A stretch of 64,000 bases of DNA from Octopus bimaculoides (taxonomy: Eukaryota). Below are positions 23,283-35,742 of the stretch, in pieces. The notes below the pieces were generated by a model. That model was not told the origin of the DNA, did no database searches, and was given only the letters and a program-made list of their open reading frames with translations. Position 1 is the stretch's first letter. Each line of letters begins with the position of its first letter. The translations under genes were made by a program, and so were the position numbers. The DNA is taken from positions 10,899,096-10,963,095 of the forward strand of contig NC_068987.1 in assembly GCF_001194135.2 (NCBI RefSeq), given 5' to 3'.

Positions 23283-24002
23283 NNNNNNNNNNNNNNNNNN
23301 NNNNNNNNNNNNNNNNNNNNNNNNNNNNNNNNNNNNNNNNNNNNNNNNNNNNNNNNNNNNNNNNNNNNNNNNNNNNNNNNNNNNNNNNNNNNNNNNNNNN
23401 NNNNNNNNNNNNNNNNNNNNNNNNNNNNNNNNNNNNNNNNNNNNNNNNNNNNNNNNNNNNNNNNNNNNNNNNNNNNNNNNNNNNNNNNNNNNNNNNNNNN
23501 NNNNNNNNNNNNNNNNNNNNNNNNNNNNNNNNNNNNNNNNNNNNNNNNNNNNNNNNNNNNNNNNNNNNNNNNNNNNNNNNNNNNNNNNNNNNNNNNNNNN
23601 NNNNNNNNNNNNNNNNNNNNNNNNNNNNNNNNNNNNNNNNNNNNNNNNNNNNNNNNNNNNNNNNNNNNNNNNNNNNNNNNNNNNNNNNNNNNNNNNNNNN
23701 NNNNNNNNNNNNNNNNNNNNNNNNNNNNNNNNNNNNNNNNNNNNNNNNNNNNNNNNNNNNNNNNNNNNNNNNNNNNNNNNNNNNNNNNNNNNNNNNNNNN
23801 NNNNNNNNNNNNNNNNNNNNNNNNNNNNNNNNNNNNNNNNNNNNNNNNNNNNNNNNNNNNNNNNNNNNNNNNNNNNNNNNNNNNNNNNNNNNNNNNNNNN
23901 NNNNNNNNNNNNNNNNNNNNNNNNNNNNNNNNNNNNNNNNNNNNNNNNNNNATGTATGTATATATGTGCCTCTCTCTCTCTCTTTCTCTCTCTCTCTTTC
24001 CC

Positions 24003-24038
<36 letters not shown>

Positions 24039-24329
24039 CATACTGATTTATTATATTGTATTATTCTGATTGTTAAAGCTCATATATTATGACTGCAACA
24101 GAATCGATAATTATATTTATTTAAATTACAATTCTATTTCTTATAAAGCCAGTTCGCTTGTCACTTAGAGCTTAAATTCTTATTTATTTCATTTCCGTTT
24201 TTTGTCTTTTTTTTTTTTGTTCTAAAATTTTCTGACAACATATTCCTTCTAGAATTTAAATCATTTCCCATAGTTGTGCATTTCCTTCAATTTGTGCCAG
24301 TGATGGACCATGTATGCATTTGCTCAGCA

Positions 24330-24510
24330 TGCTAGAAATAGCAACCAAATCTTGCTCAGTCATATATATGACTGTCTTAAAAGAAAAGAAGGGTGAAATG
24401 CACTTTAGACAATGTGGTCCCAAGTATTATCATACCTGGAAATAAAATCCTGTTCATCATAGATCTACCTGAGCAAGACTTACCTGCAGCTAAGAAAAAC
24501 AATAATAGTT
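24330..24510 (+). mobile_element. Dispersed repeat family H (class uncertain)
   Basis: gctagaaatagcaaccaaatc...actgtcttaaaa motif also at about 31330-31350 (minus), 36330, 51420 (minus), 61121-61610 and 62440. Confidence 0.5.
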
Positions 24511-24519
24511 GGAACTAGT

Positions 24520-24735
24520 ATTGTCAGTTAGTATGAATGAAAATGTGTAAGAGAGAAGACTTTGTTGCTATGGTTATGTCATGAAGACAGTGCATCAAGA
24601 AATGCTGAAGTCTAACTGTGGAGGGGATGTGTGGAAAGGGTAGACCTAGAAAGATGTGGGACAAGGGATCTTCAGATGTTGGGCCTTACAGAGGAGATGA
24701 CAAAGGTCTGAAACTTCTGGTGGTTTGCTGTATAA
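24520..24735 (+). mobile_element. Old RTE LINE C-terminal fragment
   Basis: VEGMCGKGRPRKMWDK, preceded by a decayed RRLxxYG motif. Confidence 0.7.
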
Positions 24736-24787
24736 GATATTATAATTTTCCTTATATAATATATTATATAATGTCAAGATATGGGTA

Positions 24788-24846
<59 letters not shown>

Positions 24847-24849
<3 letters not shown>

Positions 24850-25005
24850 ATGGGCCTCTTTCAGTTTCCATCTACCAAATCCACTCACAGAGTTTTGGTC
24901 AGCCTGGGGCTATAATAGAAGATATTTGATCAAGGTGCCACATGTGGGACTGAACCCAAAATTACATGACTGGAAAACAAGCTTCTTAATAACATCACAA
25001 CCATA
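24847..25005 (-). mobile_element. SINE AB, A half, next to (CA)n at 24789-24847
   Basis: gatgggcctctttcagtttccatctaccaaatccactcac...gggactgaaccc. Confidence 0.75.
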
Positions 25006-25009
25006 TCTA

Positions 25010-25221
25010 CAGGGTGTCCACAAAGTCTGGCTACATGGAGTAAATAAAATCATAACATAAACAATTAAATATAAGAAATAGTAATTTCTTAAAGTATGTG
25101 TTAATCCCCATGTAGGTACATGGAGTAAATAAAATCATAACATAAACAATTAAATATAAGGAATAATAATTTCTTAAAGTATGTGTTAATCCCCATGTAC
25201 CCAGACTTTGTGGACATCTTG
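25010..25221. mobile_element. Tc1/mariner-type MITE with an 85-bp internal duplication
   Basis: TA-flanked; TIRs CAGGGTGTCCACAAAGTCTGG / CCAGACTTTGTGGACATCTTG. 212 bp equals the 127-bp copy at 35277 plus 85 bp. Confidence 0.85.
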
Positions 25222-26223
25222 TATATCTACTACGAAATATTACAATATATTATAAAACCAAAATTACATTATATTATATTATAAAATATTATAATATATT
25301 ATAAAATATTATAATATATTATAAAATATTATAATATATTATAAATATATTATATAAGGAAAATTATAATATCTTATGCAAACAAAATTTTGTTAACATT
25401 GTAATGGAAGCAATAATGTTCATACTCAAATGAGAATACATAACTAACAAAAAAAGATGTCACTAATCCTGTATACATTTGGATGGAACTAAATCTGATG
25501 ACAAAGATGAAGAATTTGTGATGACATTGTCAACAGTATTACACAATATTGAAAAAAAGACCTAGTTTATCCTTCAATCTCCTCCTTAAGCAGAATTTCA
25601 AACTGCATATTAGCTGGTAGTTTTCAAACTTAAGTCTACTCAGCACCGAGCTGCATTTATCGTGATGTCATATTCCTACATTTTTATCTTAAACTGAATG
25701 ACATTTTTGACAATAACAGAGTGAAAACAAACACGTAAGCATGAAAAAAAAAAGGAAATAACGAACAAAAAAACAAAAAAAAGTGAGGAACTCACAGATA
25801 AAAGGGGAGTGAAAAAAAATAAATGTTGACAAGTTTAATAAAATACAATCAGCAGATAACCCCCGTGAAAACTATAAAGATTAAAACAAACAATAAATGC
25901 ATTTTACTCTGAAAAATTCCGTGAAGAGCTTTCAAGCCAAGTTACATAACAAAACTACAAAACTATAAATTCTGTCAACTTATTGTAAATACAATTCAGG
26001 CCATAACTTATGGCATGCATGGGCAACCTGCGGCCCTCAATGAGTTTCTTGGTTACTAATTTGCAGCATGACCTAAGAGTAGTGACATCTCAAATTCTAC
26101 CTAATATTGAAAATATGGTAAAGAGTGTGAATGGGCTAAAATCTCATTGATACAAATAATGAAATTTGTACTTTAATAAAATATCGATTAATTTTCTTTC
26201 TTTTTTTTTTTTACCTACTTTTT

Positions 26224-26615
26224 TACTCTTTTACTTGTTTCAGTCATTTGACTGCGGCCATGCTGGAGCACTGCCTTTAGTCGAGCAAATCGACCCCCAG
26301 GACTTATTCTTTGGAAACCTAGTACTTATTCTATCGGTCTCTTTTGCCAAACCACTAAGTTACAGAGACGTAAACACACCAGCATCGGTTGTCAAGCGAT
26401 GTTGGGGGGACAAATACAGACACACACACATACATATATATACATATATATATGACGGGCTCCTTTCAGTTTCCGTCTACCAAATCCATTCACAAGACTT
26501 TGGTCAGCCCGAGGCTATAGCAGAAGACACTTACCGAAGGTGCCACGCAGTGGGACTGAACCTGGAACCATGTGGTTGGTAAGCAAGCTACTTACCACAC
26601 AGCCACTCCCGCGCC
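26224..26615 (-). mobile_element. SINE AB, full length
   Basis: Complete head, internal (TG/TA)n and (AGTAAAAG)-type tail. Confidence 0.9.
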
Positions 26616-26714
26616 TCAATATTTTAAACTATAATTTATTTACAGTAGTACACATCAATTTATCTGTCTGTCAATCCATCCATCCATCTGTGTGTGTGTG
26701 TGTGAACAAACAGC

Positions 26715-26845
26715 AGGCTTCCACATAGTTTCCATAATTTGCTCACAAGGCATGGATTAGCCCCGGGCTATAGTAGAAGACACTTGCCCAAGGTGTCAGG
26801 CAGTGGGTCTGAACCTGGAACCATGTGGTTGGTAAGCAAGCTGAC
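26715..26845 (-). mobile_element. SINE AB, A half, partial
   Basis: ctcacaagg...gctatagtagaagacacttgcccaagg...ggaaccatgtggttggtaag. Confidence 0.75.
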
Positions 26846-27179
26846 ACCAGAAGGACAAAAGTTTTAGTTAACTCCAAAAGGATTTGAACTCTGACCAGTG
26901 AGGTACCAGCTGCCATTATGAACTGTATATTCAGGTATTCAGAAGTCTTGGCTTCTTTCCACGGTGTTCTTCATTAACCGTGTATAGTGAGAAAGTAGCA
27001 ATGAGTTGTTGAATGCTGGTTTAATGAACACATCATGCTGGTTTTCTTCGTTTAAATGAAAAGTTGCTTAATTGTGGATAATGATCATATTAATTGAGTC
27101 GATCGGCAAAACAAGAAATTTAACGTCATGTCAAGTAACTGAAGTGAAAGTCAAGATTACAGTTATAGGCATGCAAACA

Positions 27180-27330
27180 TTCACACATACACACACACAC
27201 ACACACACAAACAGATATACATATATGCATACAAATATGTATGCATATATATACACACACATACACGCATATATACACATATATATATAAGATGTATATA
27301 TACATACATATGAATATATATATGTGTGTG

Positions 27331-27361
<31 letters not shown>

Positions 27362-27480
27362 ATACATGTAGATATATATGTGTATATATATATATAGATG
27401 TATATGTATATATATATGTATATGTGTGTGTGCATATATATATATATATACACACATGCACTCACATATATATACATGCA

Positions 27481-27540
<60 letters not shown>

Positions 27541-27577
27541 CACATGCACTCACATATATATACATGCACACACACAC

Positions 27578-27608
<31 letters not shown>

Positions 27609-27613
27609 CACAT

Positions 27614-27697
<84 letters not shown>

Positions 27698-27710
27698 GTA
27701 TATATGCATT
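27180..27710. repeat. Compound (CA)n/(TA)n microsatellite with short higher-order units
   Basis: Read directly; the unit tatacacatgcac recurs three times in 27440-27620. Confidence 0.95.
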
Positions 27711-28206
27711 CATTCAGTGTATAGGACAAATTGGTTGACTAATTAAAAATCATAAACTTTGATCTTTGTAAGCTCAATGTTTCACATAGTGATAAATTAG
27801 CCTTTAGATGAACATAAAAAAAGAAAATCAAGAAGAAAGCTGAAACATTACTGAATGCACTGCTTACTATATTTACCATTGAGCAATTAGCCAACTTGGT
27901 GGAATATAGTGAGAAAATATTTATAAATCTTATTATGTGGATAATGAATCTCATATGTGAGGCTGGTTATCAAAAACTAAATAATAACCGCATAATTATT
28001 ACTTAAGTCCTTTGTTCTCTAATGAGCGTAGGTGTTTGATGATTTATCTCCCCTTAGTACAGTTCTAGTTCTTGACTCTGAACTAAGATCTCCCTTTTTT
28101 TTTTTTGTTTTTCTTGGTAACTTTCTCTGTGAAACAAATAACTTGGTTGTATATGACAATGTTGCTCTTTCCAACCATCGAATGATGTCAAGCTAAGGGT
28201 ACCTAC

Positions 28207-28628
28207 CAGGGCCGTGGAGCTGGAGTCAGAGTCGTGAAGTCAGAATTAGAGTCATGGATTGGAGTCAGAGTTGTGGAGTCAGAATTAGAGTCATGGATTT
28301 AGAGTCAGTCGTGGAGTCGGAGTCGGAAACAATTAAGGGGTAGCTGGAATCGGAGTCAGTAAAACTCAGACTCTGACTCACAGTATCTTTATTCTTTAAT
28401 ATAAACCAGTTATAACATATAGGCCTACTCAAAATACAAGCATATGCATATGCTTTATGAGATATGTAGACCACAATCACTTTAATTACATAAAGAGGAG
28501 TCAGAGTCAGAGGTACCAATAGTAGATGAGTCAGAGTTGGAGGTACCAATAGTAGATGAGTCAGAGTCGGAGGTACCAATAGTAGATGAGTCAGAGTCAA
28601 AGTTTTTTGTTTCGACTCCACAGCCCTG
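28207..28628. mobile_element. Non-autonomous hAT-like element with GAGTC subterminal repeats
   Basis: TIRs CAGGGCCGTGGAG / CTCCACAGCCCTG; 8-bp TSD gtacctac / gtacatac (7/8); three 30-bp tandem units at 28498-28599. Confidence 0.85.
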
Positions 28629-28649
28629 GTACATACAGGAACACACACA

Positions 28650-28765
28650 TATACATGACTGGTTTCTTTCAATTTCCATCTACCAAATCCACTCATAAAG
28701 TTTTGATCAGCCTGGGGCTCAAATAGAAGACTCTTGATCAAGGTACCACATGTGGGACTGAACTC
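28650..28765 (-). mobile_element. SINE AB, A half, diverged
   Basis: tttccatctaccaaatccactc...gtgggactgaac. Confidence 0.7.
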
Positions 28766-28880
28766 GCTTTAAATTGTCATTGATACTTTGGTAACTTTGC
28801 TTTTCTCATAGTGGAGGTGCTGGCCCTTCAAAAAACCCATTTTTATCTCTGGGAAAGGGTGATCCATATTAGTCTTTCCC

Positions 28881-29118
28881 CTGTCCTTTGAGTTGTCCTG
28901 CATGGAAGCTTGTGCTCTTCAGGTCACTGATGCACAAGGGCAACCACAACACAGCTGGACCTTGTGGTGGATATCCTATTAATCTTATCTCTGTCCTTTG
29001 AGCTGTCCAGCGCAGAGGTCCATGCCAAGAGCTTGTGCTTTGCTCACATAGCTCTCAGGTTCACCAGGGCACACAAACCATCACACCACAACTGGACCCT
29101 ATGGTGGTTATCTCCATT
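28881..29118. repeat. Two-unit degenerate tandem duplication (about 110-bp offset)
   Basis: ctgtcctttgag.tgtcc at 28881 and 28991; both units end ctggacc.t.tggtgg.tatc. Confidence 0.7.
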
Positions 29119-29621
29119 TTGGTCCTATAAAATAAGCCTGGGCTTATGATAATGCATCCCTGATCTCAACTTATAGAAATTAAGTCCCTTTTGTGCTCAT
29201 GTGTGCATTAAACTTTTAGTTCTAAAATAGGACATTGCAAAGAAAGTTACCATCATGATACAGGATTAACCATCAACTTACAACAGACTCAAAATTCATG
29301 TGTGAGAATGGCTAGTCATAGAAAATGATTGGTGTTTAACGTAGAGTTAATCTCGATGTATGACATGACAGAAAAGGCTCTGAAGTATGTTTGTATTATG
29401 CAAAACATGCTGCTTAGCCTATCAATGATTAATACAGACTAATCATCTGCTTATTGCAGAGCTGTTATAATATAAAGGGAGACATCGAGTGTATCTGGTG
29501 AGTTGATCTGCAATATGTGTTCAGACAGCCTGCTTGAGTGTAGGTACTATAGATGTCCTTCAGAATACTGTTGTTGGTGTTTGGTACTGAGCCAGTCCTT
29601 AATTGAGCAAACCTATATAAT

Positions 29622-29877
29622 GTAAAGTGGTTGGCTTTTGGAAGGGCATCCAGCTGTAAAAATCATACCAAAACTGACCACGCCTGTTCTAGTGCAATGT
29701 AAAAAGTACCGAGTCTGCTCTCTGGAGTGGTTGGTGTTAGGAAGAGCATCCAGCTGTAAAAATTACTGCCAAAACCGATAGAATAGCATAGGGTAGTTTT
29801 TCTACCTGGCTAGCTCCTGTGAACCGTCCTACCCATGCATGCATGGAAGATGGATGTTAAACAATGATGATGATGAT
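29622..29877 (+). mobile_element. Older RTE 3' UTR-like copy with a duplicated core
   Basis: Two gtggttgg...ggaag.gcatccagctgtaaaa units, then ccatgcatgcatgg and (gat)n. Confidence 0.7.
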
Positions 29878-30167
29878 ACTATGGCAAAGATGATATGAGG
29901 GGAATATAGTTGAGATGGCTGAGGATGAGATATTGGAACTGCCTGTTGACAGGTTTCTGAGAAGAGTACTTTGTATTGAATCCCATTTGTCTTTGTTCGC
30001 CGTAACTATTGAGAATAAGTATCAGGTCATCTAGTGCGATTTATTCCTCATCTACTTCAGGCCATAATAAGTTTTGTTGAGCTTCTGAGGCATTACATCT
30101 CTTTTGCCCCCCTTATTAAAGGACCATGAGAAATCACCAGTAATCGTGTTAAGAAAAATAACAATTT

Positions 30168-30310
30168 TCATCATCATCATCATCATCATGACCTGGTCAA
30201 GCTTGCTTGGACACTTTTTTAACTTGCGTATGCCATCCATCAGTCCTGCATTAGCTGAGGGAGGTCTTCTGGGCGGCATCCAGTCTCTCTGGTCATTTGA
30301 TCTACATACA
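30168..30310 (-). mobile_element. RTE-clade LINE 3' end (different lineage)
   Basis: Minus strand VDQMTRETGCRPEDLPQLMQD*W followed by a (GAT)n tail. Confidence 0.6.
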
Positions 30311-31072
30311 TTGTGTCCAGACAACCTGTTTGAGTATAGGTACTATAAATGTCTTTTAGGATATTGTTGTTGGTGTTTGGCCCTTAGCCAGTCCTTAATT
30401 GAGCAAACCTATAATGGAATCAATTCAAATCCTAACCATCCTCTTTCTTTTGTGTTGCTTTGGCACAGCCCTTTTGGCACCACTGATGCTGACTTGTTTG
30501 ACATAAGACGTTTTTAATGTTACTCTTGTTTCTTTTTTTCCTTTCCTCTCTTTCTCTCTGTTTATGTGTCTGAGCATATTTCTGTTCATGTGTATGAAGA
30601 GACGGAAGGTTTTTTTTTCTTTTATCAGTTGTGTTCAATTAATAATTCCGAATTATTTTCATTCTGTAAAGCAATTTTAATAAATTGTCTTTTTAATTCA
30701 TCAATTTACAATTGTTTCGGGAAGAAAAGACAAAAAGAAAAAAAAAACAGCGTTAAAAGAATATAAAGTTAAACTATCAAGAACAAAACCCAGAATTCAG
30801 TGAGAAAAGAAAGAAAAAAATAAGGGAGTGGATTAAGCAACAAAAGATGGTAGGGGGTGGGAGCGATTGCACAACCCAGTCGAAATGGTGTGTTCAGCTA
30901 TGCCCTGCAGACATAACTGGAAGGGCATTGCTGTGGAGAATGGCCAGCAACACTTGCTGCAACAACCACCCCATCATATGTGGTTCACTTCTCAGATGAA
31001 TGTCTGTTATTCTGATTTTCTTGAGGAGATCAGCAATGAGAGATCAAAGAACACTTGAAATCTTGATGGCAG

Positions 31073-31076
<4 letters not shown>

Positions 31077-31145
<69 letters not shown>
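31077..31145. repeat. (CT)n microsatellite
   Basis: Read directly. Confidence 0.95.
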
Positions 31146-31147
<2 letters not shown>

Positions 31148-33059
31148 TTATATGTGCACTTCTCTGCACATGTGCAGGTGTATGTTTATCTCCAGCATTA
31201 AAAATTACTGTTATCATAACAGGATGACCGTTCTGTCAGCGGTGCCAAATTGTCATCATCCTAAACAGCTCCAACCAACCGTCTCATTCCAGCATCCATG
31301 ACCCCTACTATTCAATGTGCTCTTCATCTTCCAAGACAGTAGGGTGTGATTTCTATTAGGCGAGTAACAAGTAACCACATAGAGTACCCCTTCCCTCTTT
31401 GGCTTGTATTGGTAGATTTCCACCTTTTCTAAGCATTATTATTGAGATTGTACCTTTAATTCTTTGCAATGATTCGGTCGACCCCCCCCCCCCCAAAAAA
31501 AAAATGGTGGCACATACAGACTTTGATTTTTTAATTTTAAATTTTACAACCATATCTAAAGTTGGTTGAGCTTTCAATTACAAAAATCAGGCTTTCATTT
31601 CTGTGATTTTTCCATTGTAAGCATCAGCTATTATTCTTAAGAATTTCATAGAAGGTCGTAATATTGAGGATTTTAAAGAATCGCCCAACCATTGCAAATG
31701 CATTCAATATAACTCTTAATTAAAATTTTAATTTAATTGTACATGTATTGATTATAAATGTTGGAAGAAGTAAATTCATTCTTAAGACTAAGAACAAGAA
31801 CAACTACTTTGTTATTAATTAACTTCTAAATAACAAAATCAGTTCAAATATTTGAAAGTTCTACAAGGCTGCAGAGATTAATAACGCTGCTTTGATGGTT
31901 CTATACAGAAAATTACATGATATTAGAAATGTACTTAGTCTTGCTGTTATAATAATGTTTGAGAAATAATTTTCATTTTCTCTTTTTTTTTTTCTCTCAC
32001 AGTTCCTTGCAAAATCATTCCCTCCACCATCTTTTTATTTATATCATATAAAATTGTCTCGTAATATTCAAAGTTTATTTCCATAGCTTATTATTTTTTT
32101 ATTTTTATTTAAATAATTAACTCGTAGAGTCATGGCATTGTTCTTCTCCCGACAGTTTGGTTAACTTAACCATTTCAGACGTCTCATGGTTCGAGACGCC
32201 ATGTGAATTTTTGCTTATTAAGTTACCTACTGGAGATTGATTCTCAGACACTGCCTTCAAACATACATAGATTTAATGGTTCCATCATCGGAATTTATGG
32301 TAAAAAACACAAAAAAAAATTTTTTTTTTTTTTTTAGAAAAAATCTAAAGAATATTTATTGCTAAAACAATAATACTACATTACACTACTGAAATAAATT
32401 TTCTTACTTTTCACATATCTACTTTGTATTGATCATATAAGGTCGAAATAATCATTTCATGTTGTGTTCTTTAGTCATGCTTGCTTTAAAAGATATAGCT
32501 TCTATTAAAAAAAACCCCACAAAAAAACTACTATTAGCTTTCTTTTCCGATCAGTATCGCTATTGGTAACATTTTATCTATTTTTTTTTTTTAAGTATGG
32601 CTATCTTAAACTATAAGGCTGTTCAGACAGGTTTGTGTGCTATAAAACAATTCTGTTAAGCTACATATACACTTTGCCTTTTTTATTTTTTAAATAGACA
32701 AGCATTTACTTTTTGTCTGGTTGGTTTGAAATTTAAACGAATCTGGCATATCATTAGAGACCTTTCAATTATTTTGTTTTTATTAGCAACTTAACTTGAG
32801 AAAAGGGATATCTTTGTAAATTTGTCTAGCATTAGTTTTTTCCCATGCTAGCATGGGTTAGTCAAGGATGTATTTGAGGTAAGGATTTCACAACTGGATG
32901 CTCTTCCAGTTTACCAACCAATACCTGTTGTTCAAGTAAGAGATTTCTTATTCCACAGGCCTTCAAAAGCACAGAGCAACCAGTCATAATGCCAACAAAG
33001 AATGTCAATATATTACTGTTTCACTCATGTGATGACAGCACTTGTGCATATTTGCACAC

Positions 33060-33215
33060 AGGAGTGGCTGTGTGGTAAGTAGCTTACTTACAAACCACAT
33101 GATTCTGGGTTCAGTCCCAGTGCGTGGCACCTTGGGCAAGTGTCTTCTATCATAGCCTCGGGCCAATCAAAGCCTTGTGAGTTGATTTGGTAGATGGAAA
33201 CTGAAAGGAGCCTGT
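33060..33215 (+). mobile_element. SINE AB, A half
   Basis: ggagtggctgtgtggtaagtagc...ggaaactgaaagga. Confidence 0.85.
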
Positions 33216-33460
33216 TGTGTGTGTGTATATATATATATATAATAATAATAATATTAAGGTAAAAACTCAATTTAATTCAATTTATCAAAAATTTGAATTA
33301 AATTAAGTTTCAGAGTATATAATATATAAATATATAATTTAGAGAAAAGAACCACAATTCTTGAACTCATCCATGAAAATCCACAGTCACATACAGAAAA
33401 AATTAATAAGTAAATACACTAAAAAGACTTATAATAAAAATGCTAAGTAATTCAAAACTT

Positions 33461-33870
33461 AAGTTCTGAATTAAAATCTTCCACCAAACCTTAGTCACAA
33501 TTTATGTTCCTAACACTAGGTAAATGATAACCAAGTTATTTTACTGAATTCTTTGTTATATTTAAAATTAATTGAAAGAAACACAGAGCGTCTCAACAGA
33601 AATATGGTAACAAAAGGGTTAAAATATATAATAGAGAAACAATTCTTAACCCTTTTGATACTAACCTGGCTGAAACTGTCTCTGGTTCTGTAGTACAAAT
33701 GTCTTGTTTTCATAAGTTCTGAATTAAAATCTTCCACCAAACCTTAGTCACAATTTATGTTCCTAACACTAGGTAAATGATAGCCAAGTTATTTTACTGA
33801 ATTCTTTGTTATATTTAAAGTAATCGAAAGAAACACAGAGCATTTCTAAATAAATATGGGAACGAAAGGG
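33461..33870 (+). mobile_element. piggyBac-like MITE family 1: complete copy 33650-33870 plus a truncated upstream copy 33461-33618
   Basis: TTAA-CCCTTT...AAAGGG-TTAA termini. The upstream copy also ends AAAGGG-TTAA. Confidence 0.85.
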
Positions 33871-34471
33871 TTAAATCTGTTTTTTAAGTGTTGCAATAAT
33901 ATGTATAATGATTTAAATGTGCAAAACTCTCCAACCCTTATCAGTATCTTAAGCTGAAATTAAAAACAAAAAAGAGTTAATGATGACAAGACATCGTTAA
34001 AATTCAGCAATAAGTTGAGATTATTCAGGATTTGAGATTTAGTCGTGATTTTAATGTGATACCCTGCTTATATCTTGAAAACGAAATGAAAAAGTAAATT
34101 AATTTTGCACTAATCTAGAGTAGAGAATCGTATCTTTTCTCATGTTTTTTAATCCTTTCTATTGTTTTGGTGCAGCTGTGTCATGTAAAACCGATTCCAA
34201 ATTCCTGGTGTTCGTCCTTTTTTTTTTCCAGCACTATTTCTTTCTCTCACTTCCCTGAAAAAAAAAAAAAACCCAACATATCAAGGATAACAATATGATC
34301 AATGAATATTTGGAATATTTCCAAAGATTTTAGATTTGAGAATCTCTATCAAACATAAATCTGGAGACAATATGACATGCTCATATCACTGCAACACACA
34401 AATATCTAGTATATATATTGATGGATCATAGAAAATTGTTTCAGACACCAAGAATTTTAGTTTGCCATAAA

Positions 34472-34506
<35 letters not shown>

Positions 34507-35034
34507 TGTGAAAGGAAAAAAAATCTCTAGATTCACATTCTTTAGTGAATTATTGTGGTAATCCTACAATTCTAAATCAATGTTGTGGCTTTTTTTTATT
34601 TATGCAGAAAAAAAGTTTAAAACCCAAAAAAAACTCAGAAAAAAAAGCCATCTTATTTTAATGTAACATTTTTTCTTTGTAAACTTCTTTTTTTTTGTTT
34701 GTTTCCTCCTTCCTAATTTACATGAATTCTTTTCAGTACATTCAAGGGTATGAGGGTACTTCATTGTATTGTCCCCAATGTATTAATAACGCTTAGTTTA
34801 AACGACCTTGGAGGGATGAAAAGCAGAACCAAATCTGGCGAGACTTCAACTCAGAACTTTCATTAACGAAACTCGATATTTCACTTCTCTATTGTGTCTG
34901 CTATCTCAGACCCTTGGTCCTGCAGTCAGCATTGTATTGTTTGTAATTCTTTTCATGAAATCTTTATAGGATGCGGAAGTGTATTAAATTTCATCATCAT
35001 CATCATCACCATTATTATTATTATTAAAGGTGGT

Positions 35035-35215
35035 GGTGGTGGTGGGGAAACGGGCAGAATTGTTAGGATGCCTGACAAAATGTTTAGCAGCATTTTTACA
35101 CTTTGCACTCTGAGTTCAAATTCTGCTGAGGTGGACTTTGCCTTTCAACTGACCTTTTGGAGTTGATATAATTGACTAGTTTCCTTCCACAAAATTTCGG
35201 GCCTTGAACTCCTTA
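35035..35215 (+). mobile_element. SINE family C, diverged
   Basis: ggcagaattgttagg...ctgagttcaaattctgctgaggtggactttgcc. Confidence 0.7.
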
Positions 35216-35276
35216 TATTCTGAGTAGACCCTATGACAGACAATGGCTCAGGAAGGACCTTTGATTTATATATGCA

Positions 35277-35403
35277 CAGGGTGTCCACAAGGTCTGGGTA
35301 CATGGAGTAAATAAAATCATAATATAAACGATTTAATATAAGAAATAATAATTTCTTAAAGTATGTGTTAATTCTCATGTACCCAGACTTTGTGGACACC
35401 CTC
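35277..35403. mobile_element. Tc1/mariner-type MITE (127 bp)
   Basis: TIRs CAGGGTGTCCACAAGGTCTGGGTACATG / CATGTACCCAGACTTTGTGGACACCCTC; same family as 25010. Confidence 0.85.
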
Positions 35404-35452
<49 letters not shown>

Positions 35453-35479
35453 CTCAACTCCATCAGTCACAAATGACCA

Positions 35480-35742
35480 TGAGTGTATGTAACAGGTTCC
35501 CCTCTGGGGTACAAGTCTAGACGGAAAGTCGCCTCACTGGCGAGCACACAACCTAGGGATGTTTTTATGGAAGACCACCAGTCACCCATGTATACCAGCC
35601 TCTCCTCTCCCCATGCCACCGATGTTATCCAAGGGAAAGGCAAAGGGGCCGATACAACTTGGCACCAGTGATGTCACAACTCATTTCTACAGCTGAGTGA
35701 ACTGAAGCAACTTGAAAATAAAGTGTCTTGCTCAAGAACACA
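35480..35742 (-). mobile_element. SINE family I with a CORE-like domain
   Basis: Minus strand cttgagcaagacactttatttt...ttcactcagctg shares the domain at 5329-5378 but has a different 3' half. Confidence 0.55.

Noticed and set aside
28265-28741. ORFs with TLTHLLLVPP or SDSDSSTIGT repeats
   Set aside because: They derive from the 30-bp tandem repeat inside the hAT-like element.
30867-31058. 63-aa ORF with a Q/H/P-rich stretch
   Set aside because: Too short, no homology I recognise and no supporting gene structure.
31965-32001. Strong polypyrimidine tract ending in CACAG (and a GTAAGT at about 36190)
   Set aside because: Adjacent sequence has no open coding frame or matching partner site; it cannot be called an exon without transcript data.
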